DNA from: Flectonema sp. DT1601
Taxonomy: Eukaryota
Reading direction: 5' to 3'
Assembly (NCBI GenBank): GCA_964019425.1
Contig: OZ025789.1
Location: 1,178,001-1,242,000 of the forward strand
Length of the DNA: 64,000 nucleotides
The notes under the pieces: model-generated
Databases searched by the model: none
Told to the model about the DNA's origin: nothing
Seen by the model: only the letters and a program-made list of their open reading frames with translations
Part shown: positions 22,950-34,358 of the stretch, piece after piece
Layout of the letters: each line of letters begins with the position of its first letter
How positions within the stretch are numbered: position 1 is the first letter of the stretch
Translations under genes and position numbers: made by a program

Positions 22950-23618
22950 ATGTTGAGTCGTTTCGCTGTTAGAGCTGCTGCCCGCAGCCAGGTTAGAGGA
23001 GCTGCTATCGCTGCCACCCAGTTCTCGGGAGAGAAGGATCCAAAGTTTCTTCAATTTCAGTCAACTTGTGCGATTGAGAACTTGTACGAGTTTAAGGTAG
23101 CAAATGTTGCCCAGGTATGTGATTGGTTTATTTGATCGATTTATCTATTTTATCTCTCTTAAACTAAACCAAACCAACCTCATAACAGTACAATGTCGAG
23201 CTCAGAAAGCTTGCTGACTTAAAGGTTAACGATGTTCTGAAGTCAACATACGAAGTTATGAAGAGCAGGCACATTGTCCCAGACACTACCACTATTGAGA
23301 TTCTCATGAGATCTGCTGAACCAGCTAACCACAAACGTGTTGTATACATCTTTGATGATATCCTCAAGTTCAAGTTGGACCCTACCGCCCAGACCTACCG
23401 CACCATGGCTGCGATCTTCAAGGGTGCTAAGGAAGAAAAAATAGCGACCCTTCTCACTAACATGGCGAAGACTGAGGACAGATTCGGATCAGACAACATG
23501 AATGAATTGGTATGGATTATTTATGTCTCTTTTCCTGTGTGATTTATGAAGACTTTTTACTCATACACAACCCAACAAACAGGTTGCTCACTTTCACCAG
23601 ATCTCTGGATCCGCATAG
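22950..23618 (+). CDS. Small mitochondrial PPR-like protein (173 aa); introns 23115-23188 and 23510-23582
   Basis: Presequence MLSRFAVRAAARSQVRG; PPR-like YEVMKSRHIVPDTTTIEILM and FDDILKFKLDPTAQTYRTM; both GTATG..AACAG introns keep frame. Confidence 0.78.
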
Positions 23619-24228
23619 ACTTCAATAAGTGATTGAGAGGAGGATTCGTTGGGGATAGCAAAACATCGAGCTGGGAACATTCTATTTTGTGTAGTGGAAA
23701 AAATTCATCTTTTAGTGTTGTGTAGTACCTCGAGGGGCTGCCAGTTTTTTTTTTGTTTTTCTTCTTTTCGGGTAGGGATTCTTTATTTCTTTTGTTTTCC
23801 CACTTTTTTTTCATAGTTTGCAACATCAAGTCCCGTAACAGTTCAAAGCTTTCCCCATTCCTTCTCTGGGTATCGCACGTATCGTGTGTTGGGATCTCAG
23901 TGGACCCCTTGGGAGAAAAAAAAAAAAAAAAAAAAAACAACCTTTTGTTTAAAAAAAAAGGTGAAGGTAAAGTAATCTTTTTTTTTACCATACGGGGGGT
24001 GTGTCAGCATGTTTTCGCCTCGAATTTCTTTTTCTTAAAAGAAAGAAAATTTCATTTATTTTTTTAAACAGGAAAAATTATTAAAAAAAAGGGGTAAGCT
24101 CTTCGAACACTACATAAGTTTTATGAGAGTATTTTGATTTTTTAGTATTTCCATTTATATCTCTCCCCACAGAAACAACAACAGCAACAACAACAACAAC
24201 AAAAAAAACCACCCACACTGCCTCCAGT

Positions 24229-25818
24229 ATGGCTGGAACAGCTGTGATTCAGGGTCTTAAACTCGGTCTTGGGCTCCCTTCTCTTTCATTGGGTTTAGGT
24301 TTAAGCTTCAAGACCCTTCTTAGAGAATCAAGAGAGAATGAAGTTCACAGCAGTGCTATTTTTAGAAAAAATTGGAGTGGCAGTGAAGATGAAATGCTAG
24401 CTCAACTCGTTAAGGAAACAGGTGAAGCAAGCGTAGATTGGAATAAAGTTTGTATGTATTTTGAAGGTAAGAATAGTCAAGATTGTCAGCAGAGATGGAA
24501 AGATCATCAATCAAAAACAACTCAAGGACCACACTTGTGGCAAGTAGAAGAAGACCTTATCCTCTATGAGTGTTATCAGAAACTCGGATCTCAATGGTCG
24601 TTAATATCAAAAAGAGGATACTTACCTGGTCGCACTGCTAAGGAAAGTAGTAATCGATGGCAGAAACTTCAACGTGCCATCGGCAAATCAACAAAACCAG
24701 AAGAAGTTGAACGTGCCATTCGAATTCTTCATGGACGTGAGCTCAGAAAACTTCGTGAAAATACTAGAAAAAAACAAGCAGCAGACTCCCAAGTAGTAAG
24801 TATGTCTGATTTCTTAAACACCTCAACAGAAAGATCACCAGCAGAGGTAATTGAAGACGTCATCAGGAGAATAACTGAAGAAGATAATAACAATTCTGAA
24901 TTGGATAATATTAAAATGCCTTCACTCGATATCGAAGGACTAAAAGCATCACTAATATCATCTGACGACATATTTGATGAAATGCTTAAAGACATAGACA
25001 CGTCAGGTCCACCTGAACCACCAGAAGTATGGTCGAGTAACATTTACTCCTCGGCTTCTACTGCATCATGCTTCTCTTCAACTTTATCAACAAGTAGTGT
25101 TTGTTCATCACAAAGTAGTTGGACACCAAGGTATCATTCACCTTATAAACCAAGTGGGTTTACTTTGTTACCTCCTCCAACGGAAGGTTCAAATTCTTTA
25201 TCCGCAACCTCTCTCCGTACAGCAAGTAGCTCTGTGTCGACAATAGATTCATCTACCTCTTCGTCAACAATGTCTCTCTCTTCTCCTGTTGTAGCTGCGC
25301 CAAGTGCAAAAAAGATGTCAGACACTGTGAAGTGGCTGTTCAATGGTCCAGCTCAACCAGCGGGAGCTCCACTTCTACCGACATATTGCGGAAAGAAGAA
25401 ATCAAAATTACTGACTGGTTTCGAGAGGGCATTCCCAAAGACTGGTTTAACTGTCAGTCCAGAGATGCGTATGGACTTGGTGCCACAGGACAATGCGCAT
25501 CCGTGGTTGACAGCTATTGCTGGAAAGTCATCAAATTCTTCAGCTACTTCATCAAGAGAACTCACTCCGGCAAGACTTGAGGAAAGCGTTTGGATGAGAT
25601 GTTTAGAACCGTACAAATGCGTTGCCAAAACCTGTCTCGGCATCCAGGAAGCCTCCTGGGTTTCGAACGTCTTTAGTAAACGTTACTGCCCATGGTCGAT
25701 ATGGCAGCGCAGTAAAGAAATGTACGCACCTCAAACCCAATCTATTCTTCCTAGCTCACTGTGGCAGTTTTATCACTTCCGTATTGCACTCCCCTTTATG
25801 CAAAGTGCTGCAATGTAG
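24229..25818 (+). CDS. Two-repeat Myb DNA-binding protein
   Basis: WSGSEDEMLAQLV...W...KNSQDCQQRW and WQVEEDLIL...GSQWSLIS..LPGRTAKESSNRW. Confidence 0.88.
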   Translation: MAGTAVIQGLKLGLGLPSLSLGLGLSFKTLLRESRENEVHSSAIFRKNWSGSEDEMLAQLVKETGEASVDWNKVCMYFEGKNSQDCQQRWKDHQSKTTQGPHLWQVEEDLILYECYQKLGSQWSLISKRGYLPGRTAKESSNRWQKLQRAIGKSTKPEEVERAIRILHGRELRKLRENTRKKQAADSQVVSMSDFLNTSTERSPAEVIEDVIRRITEEDNNNSELDNIKMPSLDIEGLKASLISSDDIFDEMLKDIDTSGPPEPPEVWSSNIYSSASTASCFSSTLSTSSVCSSQSSWTPRYHSPYKPSGFTLLPPPTEGSNSLSATSLRTASSSVSTIDSSTSSSTMSLSSPVVAAPSAKKMSDTVKWLFNGPAQPAGAPLLPTYCGKKKSKLLTGFERAFPKTGLTVSPEMRMDLVPQDNAHPWLTAIAGKSSNSSATSSRELTPARLEESVWMRCLEPYKCVAKTCLGIQEASWVSNVFSKRYCPWSIWQRSKEMYAPQTQSILPSSLWQFYHFRIALPFMQSAAM

Positions 25819-27922
25819 AATCACAAACACACGAAACTATACATACATGCTGTCATATACTTTTTAGAATGAACGAAAGGAGGTATGAACTTTATTCACT
25901 TAAGGATGATGATTAATCAAAACAACCGATTGATCAAAACATACAACACAATAACAGGAGTTTAATAATCATGTGACTCACGATGAGAAACTGATTGCGA
26001 GGGTTTGCTGAATCTCTCCATGCTCTGCTACTCGTGTTTTTTTAATTTTATTTTTTTATTCTTTCCTATTAACTTCGCTTTACTCCCCGTTTTATTATTT
26101 TCTTTTTTTTTTTTGGCTAAAAACCACTCGAGTAACTATTTACGTTTGTTTATATTACTTTTTTCAAGCAAGAGATGTTTTTTTTCCCTATTTTTTTTTG
26201 TGAACTGGATTGCACGATCATAATTGTTTGGTGCAAAACTTTGAACTTTCAGAAGAGGCGCTTGTCGTTTTTTTGGGTATTCGGCGTTTTTTTTTTTTTT
26301 TTTTTTTTTCTTTTCCAAGACAGTACTGCCCTTCAGTAGTCCAAAAAGACTTAAAGGTTATCAAAAAAAAATAATGGTCGAAAACATTGCAATTGAAAAA
26401 ATGTTTAAAGAAGTGTGTTTTGATTGCCGTTTTTTCTTTTTCTTCTTTTCTCCATTCCCTTATTGATACGTTACGGTCTGGTCAGTAATATTAGGCTTTT
26501 TTTTCCCTTTCCTTTCCCCTTTTTTCTCCCCTTCTTCTTTGTGATCTATACTCAAGGTATTTTGTATAATTAATGATTTCCCAAACAACCCATCGAAAAA
26601 AAAAAAAATAAAAAACCTCAAATAACACTCACGGTTATTTAAATTTATCGAAAATAATATCTTGTGCGTTTCCCAGTACAAAAAAAAATAAAATAAGTAG
26701 CTGCCGCTGCTGCTAGAAAAGCGAACACGTGAACGATTTGAGGGAAAAATAAATCTTATGCAGTTTAGGCTGAATTGCTTAGTTGCAAAAAGAAGAGTAA
26801 CCCAGTCACCCAGCTATACTTCCCTTCAGTGAATTAGTTCTCGTTGTTTCGATAAACATCGCTATCGTTTTTTATTGATAGTGTTTTTCGTGTGATGTCT
26901 TCTTTGTGTGTTCGTTTGGGAAATTGTTTTATATTATTTTTGTTGCAGAGTTTTTTTTTTTCTTTTCGGCAGTATGAGTTACAGTGACAACTCTGTTGCA
27001 ACGCCTTTTACAGGCTTGTTTTAGGGAATACCTATACTCTTGTGCTGCTTGGAGTCATTTTAACTTAAGGGGACTAGTTTTCCCCCTCCTGTGGTATTCT
27101 CTTTACGATGTTATTATTATTGTTATTATTGTTTTTTTCTTTTCTTTTTTTGAATTTTGCAGGCACCTTGCTTCTGCCTTCTAACTTTTAATCTTTTTTT
27201 TGGTTCATCGCTTAAATTATTATTTTTTTTTTTGCACACCCCCTTTTTTTTTCGGATTTTCGTCATCACGCGAATAAATACTTCATGTTGTAAACTGATT
27301 GTTGAAGTTGCTGTAACCCACACAGACAGGCATTCTATACCAGAATAGCTTACTTTGTTTTTGGTCACAAGTTCATGCATGTTGTTTTATATATTTTTTC
27401 TTTTTATTAGCTTTTTCTATACGATAGGGTAAACCCAATGAAGTGCTTCGCACATAAAAAACCTGCATCCCTCCCCCCATCTGGATCACTGTTCTGTACC
27501 CTACTTTTTATTTTTGCTTTTCATTCTTAAGACCCCTTTTTTTCTTGCACATTTTCTTCCGACGCGCGCGAGTTGCGAAGCAGTCGAAGAAATGGGAAAG
27601 AGTGCAAGTGGAAGAAAAAAAAAAAAAAAAAGTAAAGTAAGTGAGAAAGAAAAAAAAGGAAAAAAAAAAAAAAACATTTTTTTTATATCGAAATCACACC
27701 CAAGTTCCCCACGTACCATAAATTCATGCACGTCCCTTCCTTCCCCGTTACTTGTTGGAATTAACCGTGACATGTACAGTCATCTTTTGGAAATAAGAAT
27801 TTTGTTTTAAAGCAGGGAAACATGTTTACATATCAAGTAGCAATTCCTTGTCTCCTTCCTGTGACTTTATTTTATTGTAAAAAAAACACAGAAAACACAT
27901 AAAAAACGAAAAAAAAAAAAAA

Positions 27923-29455
27923 ATGAGTACCACACCACGTCGATTTACCAGTCATGCTGAGATGCAGCGAGCAATGAAAAAACACAATTTCGGAATAGAT
28001 GACGTGTTGCCTATTGGATACTCAAAGCATCATCATGGGCAGGTTTCGGGTGTGCGGGTTCGTAGAGTTGAAGGTGAAGGTCTTGGACTTACCTTTGAAA
28101 GGATTGAAGGAGGGCTGCTATTAAAAGATGTAGCATCTGGTAGTATAGCAGAACACCATGGTGTTCATGACAACATTGGATCACTGTTACATACTATAAA
28201 TGGGATTCCAGTTAGATCAAATGCAGAGCTTGCTAAGGCTTGTGAAGACTCAATGGAATTACATCTCGTCTTTGATAATCAGTTCAATGTTCCCGTGACA
28301 CCTGAAAGGTCATCTGTTGCATCACCGCATCCGTATTCAGAATCACCGCTACATTACAGTCAGAGAAATTTTCAGAATGATAAAAAAAAACATCGCGCTG
28401 ATGTTCGTTCTGAACCAAAGCACTGTACTCCAAGTCCAAGACCTCATCCATATAAAGGAACTACATTAGATTGGAGTAATAAATCATTGAAATCAGCTAT
28501 ATCTCATCACAAGAAAGATATTTCTGAGGGAAGTTCTCCTCAACGAGCTCCAACATCTCCACCACCACCTTCACATGAATATCAACAATCACCTGACAGT
28601 TTACACTTTAGCAATAGACAGCTCTCATCTGAAATTCGTCATCACCAATCTCCTCTAAATCAGAGATCAGGTCATTCTCCAGGTGAGGTTGGAGATCATG
28701 AAGGATTCTTCTATGAAAGGGATCGCAACTGTCAAAATGATGGTACTAGAAAACACTTAAGTCAGAAGAGGTTTGCAGATGAAAAAAGAATGCATTTTAC
28801 TCCAGTTATCCCTGAAGGATCTCCAGCTATGGAAACAGTTCAATACAATCATTCTCATGAAGAAAGTCATCACGAAGAAAGCATCCCTGATGACAAAACA
28901 GAACCACAAACACTATTAGAATTACTTCAAGGTGATTGGGTATGTGGTGATGGCACTCCGGCATATGTTGAAAGAGGAATTGCTTCATTTGGAAACCCTC
29001 CTTCAGTAAGTGAACACTTAAGAGTATCTCATCAAGGGAATGCTATTCAGTTATTAAATGCTGAAATATTAAGTATCGTAGGAGGATGTGTTAAATGGTC
29101 TGACGGTGATATCTGGAGATCTGCAAACCGCAGACCTGAAACCCCCCAACGACAACAACAACAACAACAACAACCAGAACTGGATGCTGACACCGCGATT
29201 CTGTACAGAACTGGATCTGAAAAGCTTCTTGGAATAGTATGGCACGGTACATCTCTACAGATTGGATCAATCTCTCGCGGATCACCTGCTGAACGATGTG
29301 GACTGGAACGTTTCATTGGACGCACAGTCATAGCTGTAAACAATATTCCTTTCAGCTCTGCCTTAACACTCGGAGAGTCAATCCGTGCTGGAGAGCTTCA
29401 AGGTGCATTGGAGCTTTACTTTCAGTTCGATGGTGAGGATGATACGGTGTTATAG
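27923..29455 (+). CDS. Protein with two PDZ-like domains and a WSDGDIW-motif segment
   Basis: EGLGLTF..VASGSIAE..IGSLLHTINGIPV and KLLGIVW..ISRGSPAERCGL..VIAVNNIP. Confidence 0.75.
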   Translation: MSTTPRRFTSHAEMQRAMKKHNFGIDDVLPIGYSKHHHGQVSGVRVRRVEGEGLGLTFERIEGGLLLKDVASGSIAEHHGVHDNIGSLLHTINGIPVRSNAELAKACEDSMELHLVFDNQFNVPVTPERSSVASPHPYSESPLHYSQRNFQNDKKKHRADVRSEPKHCTPSPRPHPYKGTTLDWSNKSLKSAISHHKKDISEGSSPQRAPTSPPPPSHEYQQSPDSLHFSNRQLSSEIRHHQSPLNQRSGHSPGEVGDHEGFFYERDRNCQNDGTRKHLSQKRFADEKRMHFTPVIPEGSPAMETVQYNHSHEESHHEESIPDDKTEPQTLLELLQGDWVCGDGTPAYVERGIASFGNPPSVSEHLRVSHQGNAIQLLNAEILSIVGGCVKWSDGDIWRSANRRPETPQRQQQQQQQPELDADTAILYRTGSEKLLGIVWHGTSLQIGSISRGSPAERCGLERFIGRTVIAVNNIPFSSALTLGESIRAGELQGALELYFQFDGEDDTVL

Positions 29456-29879
29456 TTTCTTTGATTGATTGACCTCTCTATCAGTCGTATTGTGTCTTGA
29501 ATGAATCCCTCTCCCCTCAAGCTTTTCTTTCCCTGATGCAATGTAGTTTTCTTATGTGTATCCAGTACACTACTTGTTTGGCTTATCTTCTGGTCGACAA
29601 CTTCAACTTCCCAGAATTTTCATATTCATTTTGCGAACATTATATCTTTTTTTTGTATTATTTGTCTTGTTTTCTTTGTACCGAAATATATCGATGTACT
29701 GGTTGCACTGCTTTTTTTTTTTTTTTTTTTTTAGATTTATTTTTGCGATTCCGAGTTTTTTTTTTTTTTTTCATAAAACAGGTGTGTAATCGAATGGCAT
29801 TGATCGTGTTTTGGTAGTTAAGCGTTGTGAGTGAAGTTATCATTTTTATTTTTAACTTAGAGAGGTGCACCCGAAAAGG

Positions 29880-31511
29880 ATGCCACCAAAAAAAAATGAA
29901 GAACCGGTCCAAGAAGATACCAATAAAAACATAAACATCGAGAAGATAAGAGCAAATGTAATAGAAAACGAAGATGGAGAGTTGCTGTGTTGTGAGATCA
30001 TGCAAGGGATAGTGACGAGGGCGGAGGAAGAGGTTTTGAAGAATTATTTTGACAGAACAGCGATACCGTACACAGTCCAATCTGTCTGTAAGGAACTACT
30101 TGATCTGATACAGTTTGTTTTCGTAGCAAGAGATGCGGGTGACATATCTCCAGAGGACAACAGTTCATGGCAAGCAGACGAAGAACCACAACCCTGTCCC
30201 ACTGACACTTGGGCAAGGGGTGCCATTCCTGTAAGAAGACGTGTAGCAGATCCCGAGTCTCGAAAGGACCTCGCGACACCTGGAAAAGGTAAACGACGAG
30301 AAGATGCCAAACGATCAACTCCGAACCTCCAACAGTCTCAGCAACAGAATCTAATCTCCACCGCTGCCACCGTTTCCGAAAGCAGTAAAACTAAATCATC
30401 TGTCATAAATAAAAGAAATACCGTGATTCCTAAAGATATAAACAGACAACCTCTTCAAGGTACTACTCAACCTGAAGAGGAAGTCGCAACAACTCACAAA
30501 AATGAACATCGAAAACGAACTGAAATTAAGGAAGCGTCAGAGAGGCAAAGTCAACTCCTACGTGAAATAAAATCTGGTAAAGAATTTACTGTGGATGCTA
30601 TTAATGGAAAGGTTATTCCGATAAAACCTGTTGATCCAAAGAGATTACCAACTAAACGACTTGATATAAAGTTTGATATCGACACGGGAGACCAGCCTCT
30701 TAAGGGAGACGATCGCAGACAATCACTCTCCAATATCACTGTCAAACCTCCTCAGAATTTAGTAAAAAAGAAAGGTCGTCGTGAAGATAGGTCAAAATGG
30801 TCTGAACATATTCAACCAGAAGACACTCATGGACCACTCATAGTTGGTGCTTCACCCTCAGGAGGAGTGACATTACGAGAAGGAGACAGCACTCAGCGTA
30901 ATGAACTAAAGAATCCAAAAGGAAAAGTAAGCAGAACGGAATATAAAAAGATACTGGACGCCATGGGTGTGTCTCGTGAGGCTGTTGATATGTCAGCCAA
31001 TACCCCGGCACAGGTTGACAAAAATTTGAATTCTCCTAAAAGCACGAAACCAAATACAAAAGACAACAGTGAAAAACCAGCTGCTGGTCCTGCTGCTCAG
31101 GCAGTCCTCCAACAGCAGCCTCCTCGTTCTGGAACTGGTGGAGGTAGCGAGAAACAAGTAACTGTAAAACCAACTGGTGGACCTGAAACGTTAAAGCCGC
31201 AGGGTATCGCTCCTATTCCCGCTCATAAAAACAATCCACCAGCTCCGGGTAACCTCAATCGTACTAAAGGAGGTAGAAATCGTCCATCAGGTAATGCGAG
31301 CTCACCTCGAAGTAGTGACAGACCTCCACCCTTACCACCAAATTTATATCAAAGCATGCCTTCAATGGTTAATAATAATACTAATGAACAACGACAGCAG
31401 CCTTCAGGTGCTATTCACATCTCTGCTGATCTTGAGGGTAATGAAATAGCTGAAGATTTGTTCAATTCATTAAATGTAATTAATAATGATTACAACCAGT
31501 CTTATGTCTAA
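29880..31511 (+). CDS. C2orf81-like (DUF4639-like) protein
   Basis: IPYTVQSVCKELLDLIQFVFVARDAGD...WQADEEPQPCPTDTWARGAIPV resembles the conserved C2orf81 block; first ATG at 29880. Confidence 0.75.
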   Translation: MPPKKNEEPVQEDTNKNINIEKIRANVIENEDGELLCCEIMQGIVTRAEEEVLKNYFDRTAIPYTVQSVCKELLDLIQFVFVARDAGDISPEDNSSWQADEEPQPCPTDTWARGAIPVRRRVADPESRKDLATPGKGKRREDAKRSTPNLQQSQQQNLISTAATVSESSKTKSSVINKRNTVIPKDINRQPLQGTTQPEEEVATTHKNEHRKRTEIKEASERQSQLLREIKSGKEFTVDAINGKVIPIKPVDPKRLPTKRLDIKFDIDTGDQPLKGDDRRQSLSNITVKPPQNLVKKKGRREDRSKWSEHIQPEDTHGPLIVGASPSGGVTLREGDSTQRNELKNPKGKVSRTEYKKILDAMGVSREAVDMSANTPAQVDKNLNSPKSTKPNTKDNSEKPAAGPAAQAVLQQQPPRSGTGGGSEKQVTVKPTGGPETLKPQGIAPIPAHKNNPPAPGNLNRTKGGRNRPSGNASSPRSSDRPPPLPPNLYQSMPSMVNNNTNEQRQQPSGAIHISADLEGNEIAEDLFNSLNVINNDYNQSYV

Positions 31512-31836
31512 AATACAGCTCATCTTACACGACAGGACTTTCTCAAGCCTGTTTGGAGTACTTTTTTTTACATTAGAAAGTTTTTGGGTGTGGCTGTGTT
31601 TTATGTATTTAGGTGACTGTTTTTTATTATTTATTTTTTTCTTTTTTCTCTTGTTAATACTTTCCACGTTCATCTGGTATGTGAAGCTCTTCCCTTAACA
31701 GTTTGGTTACCGTTATTGACATTTCTTCTTTAAGGTTAATCATTATACATGGCAATGTGTTTTATGCAAATAATTAAGATAGTTTTCTTTTTTTTGTGTT
31801 ATTATTCTCTCTCAGTATGTCAGAGGAAAGCCACAT

Positions 31837-32658
31837 ATGGGAAATAGATGGCAGCCTGACTGCGTAAGCGGGTGTTGCAGTAAGTGCCATTGTCAATTTG
31901 GAGTTATTCATAGGCGACATCATTGTAGATACTGCGGTAATATATTTTGTAAAAAATGTTCTGAGAATGTGAAAAGTTTTAAAGGAAATAATGAACAACT
32001 GCGAGTCTGTCAAATCTGTTATAAAATAACAACTGAACCACGCTATTCAGAAGGTACAGGAAAAGAAATACTTCCCACAGGTGTATTTCTGATGGTGTTG
32101 TCGTATTTGCAACCGTCTGAAATAATCTTACTTTGCAAAGTTAACCAGTCGTGGAATTACACCTCTAACCATCCTGTTTTGTGGAAGTGGTTACTGAAGA
32201 TGATATTTCCAAATCTTTTGGAGAAGTCATCGGAGTCATTCTCTGTTCAATTACAGAACTTTATTGATAGTCGTAGGGAGTCTCTGATGGCTTCTCCTGC
32301 AAAAGACGAAGGCCAATGCTATAAAAAACAACCACCGACACTTCCCTCTAATGAGCATTGTACTCTCGCTCAAAGAGGCAGTAATGGAATAGCTATTTTA
32401 AAGTTACCTCAATATGCTGCTGTTGGTTCTGTTGTTCGGAGGGGTGAGTCGGAGAATTTGTTGTCGTTTTCAATTAGCGTTTCTGATATAAGAAATTGGA
32501 AGTATTTTGTGTTTGAAAAGATTCTTGAGGTAGCCCATCTTGACTTGGAGTATCCGATCAATTCGTCGTTGTATTCGAGAATACAAATTATAACAAAAGT
32601 ATTATCATCTTTTGAATCAAGGTTGATGAGAGGCATATGGATACCAAGTGCTACATGA
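31837..32658 (+). CDS. FYVE zinc finger + F-box protein
   Basis: WQPD..CSKC..RRHHCRYCGNIFCKKC..RVCQIC; then LPTGVFLMVLSYLQPSEIILLCKVNQSW..LW. Confidence 0.82.
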   Translation: MGNRWQPDCVSGCCSKCHCQFGVIHRRHHCRYCGNIFCKKCSENVKSFKGNNEQLRVCQICYKITTEPRYSEGTGKEILPTGVFLMVLSYLQPSEIILLCKVNQSWNYTSNHPVLWKWLLKMIFPNLLEKSSESFSVQLQNFIDSRRESLMASPAKDEGQCYKKQPPTLPSNEHCTLAQRGSNGIAILKLPQYAAVGSVVRRGESENLLSFSISVSDIRNWKYFVFEKILEVAHLDLEYPINSSLYSRIQIITKVLSSFESRLMRGIWIPSAT

Positions 32659-32874
32659 AATTATTTTCAGCAACGCGCCTCAGATTTTTTTTTCTTTTTT
32701 CAATGTTGTTTTCTCTCAATTTTCATAACACCAAACTTTTCATTTTCCAGTGTTCTCGCTGGATAGTCCGATTTCTATAATTAAATTATGAATCAAGTCT
32801 ATACACTTTGTTTTTTGTTTGAGTCGTTTTTTCTTGTTTTATTTTGTATTTCTTTTTAGATAAAAAAGTTCATC

Positions 32875-32907
<33 letters not shown>

Positions 32908-33134
32908 ATATCGTTTTTTTTTGGTTTGGTTCATCAAAGTATGAAAATGTGATGAGTTGGAGATTTCACAAATTATTTTTGTGGAATTAGGGGGTTTTTC
33001 CCTTTTTTTTTTTTTTTTTAAAAAAAAAATACGAAAAAAAATTATTTTATATTTTAGTTGGCCCCACCTTCTGTTAAATCTTTTATAAAAATATAATTAT
33101 AGTTTTCAGTATCGGAGGGGTTGGGGTTGAATAA

Positions 33135-34358
33135 ATGTGTGCAAATGAAGTTCGGATTGCCTTAGCTGAAGAGCTTTCGCAGATGAGTGCTGCGATGTCG
33201 GCTTGCATACTTAGTCAAGATTTGTTTACCGAGTTCGTAGACGATGAATTGCCAGATAAAAGACAAGATTTTATAAACATATCTGAATTCTTAAAGGAAA
33301 TATTAAAAGTTAATAAACAAGCTAGTTCTGTAAACCTATTCGCGGCATTTACAGACACTATTGAGAGCGCTGAATGCAAATTATTTAAGGAGGCAGTTCT
33401 GGGATCACGTGGATCGTTAATGAATCGGATGGCAGGTGATGTAAAGTTGGGATTAGTTCACAATGACAGTAGTCTAATGATACAATACTTACAGGCATTC
33501 CCAGAAGTTGAAAGGAATCTAATAGACTGTTTAATGGATAGGTCAAAGCCTTACAATGAAATATTAAAAGAGGCTTCGAGACTGTGGTCGCTTCATCATC
33601 CTCTTGATGATGAATATCCTCCACATCCTTGTGAATTTACTCCGCCTCCACCTCCTCCTGATGAAGAGAAGGTTCAAAAAATACATCGATTAAACCTAAC
33701 ACTTCATTATGCTAAAGAAGATTGGGAAGATTTACTAATCTTGAGAGACGAAATGGTGACAACATTTGGTGACTATCTAGAAGAACAAGCAGGTAGTAGC
33801 GATGGAATAGCAGCAAGGCTTCAACAGTTGGTTTGGATGTTCCAAAATTGTGTAACTCTATTTAATCCTCGACTAACTCCTATTCAAATTTACGAAACAA
33901 TTGGAAGTCGTCTTCGCATATGTTCTGAACAGACTCAAGTATTCATCTCTGAAATAGAAGCTGAACAACTAAAACGATCTACTGGAGCACCTGGTCTCTG
34001 GTCTAGGCTCGTATCTGTTGTGTATCGCAGCAAGAAGCACGCTCCTCATAAAAAGACAGAATCAGATCACGCGTTTGACAAACTATCTGCGGCATACTTA
34101 GAACAAGCACAGCAACTTCTTCATTATTGTGTTCAGTTTAACGGACGGTTGGAAAAAAAGAAACCAGGGGCGCAGTTTTTCATCCCAGCAGCCACTTCTC
34201 CTGTCGATTCTTCACCTCCGCTACTTGTAAACCCGACACCTGTCGATGATAGTAATAAGCAGCCAGATACTCCTGTGACTTCTAATCTCGCTCCTCCTTC
34301 ATTATCAACAACAATCGGTTTTCGTGATTCAATTGGACATATTCCTATTGCTCGTTGA
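33135..34358 (+). CDS. Hypothetical helical protein (407 aa)
   Basis: Long coding-like ORF on the gene strand; no family recognised. Confidence 0.7.
   Translation: MCANEVRIALAEELSQMSAAMSACILSQDLFTEFVDDELPDKRQDFINISEFLKEILKVNKQASSVNLFAAFTDTIESAECKLFKEAVLGSRGSLMNRMAGDVKLGLVHNDSSLMIQYLQAFPEVERNLIDCLMDRSKPYNEILKEASRLWSLHHPLDDEYPPHPCEFTPPPPPPDEEKVQKIHRLNLTLHYAKEDWEDLLILRDEMVTTFGDYLEEQAGSSDGIAARLQQLVWMFQNCVTLFNPRLTPIQIYETIGSRLRICSEQTQVFISEIEAEQLKRSTGAPGLWSRLVSVVYRSKKHAPHKKTESDHAFDKLSAAYLEQAQQLLHYCVQFNGRLEKKKPGAQFFIPAATSPVDSSPPLLVNPTPVDDSNKQPDTPVTSNLAPPSLSTTIGFRDSIGHIPIAR

Noticed and set aside
23557..24067. Poly-Phe/poly-Lys ORFs here and in most spacers
   Set aside because: Artefacts of poly-T/poly-A tracts.
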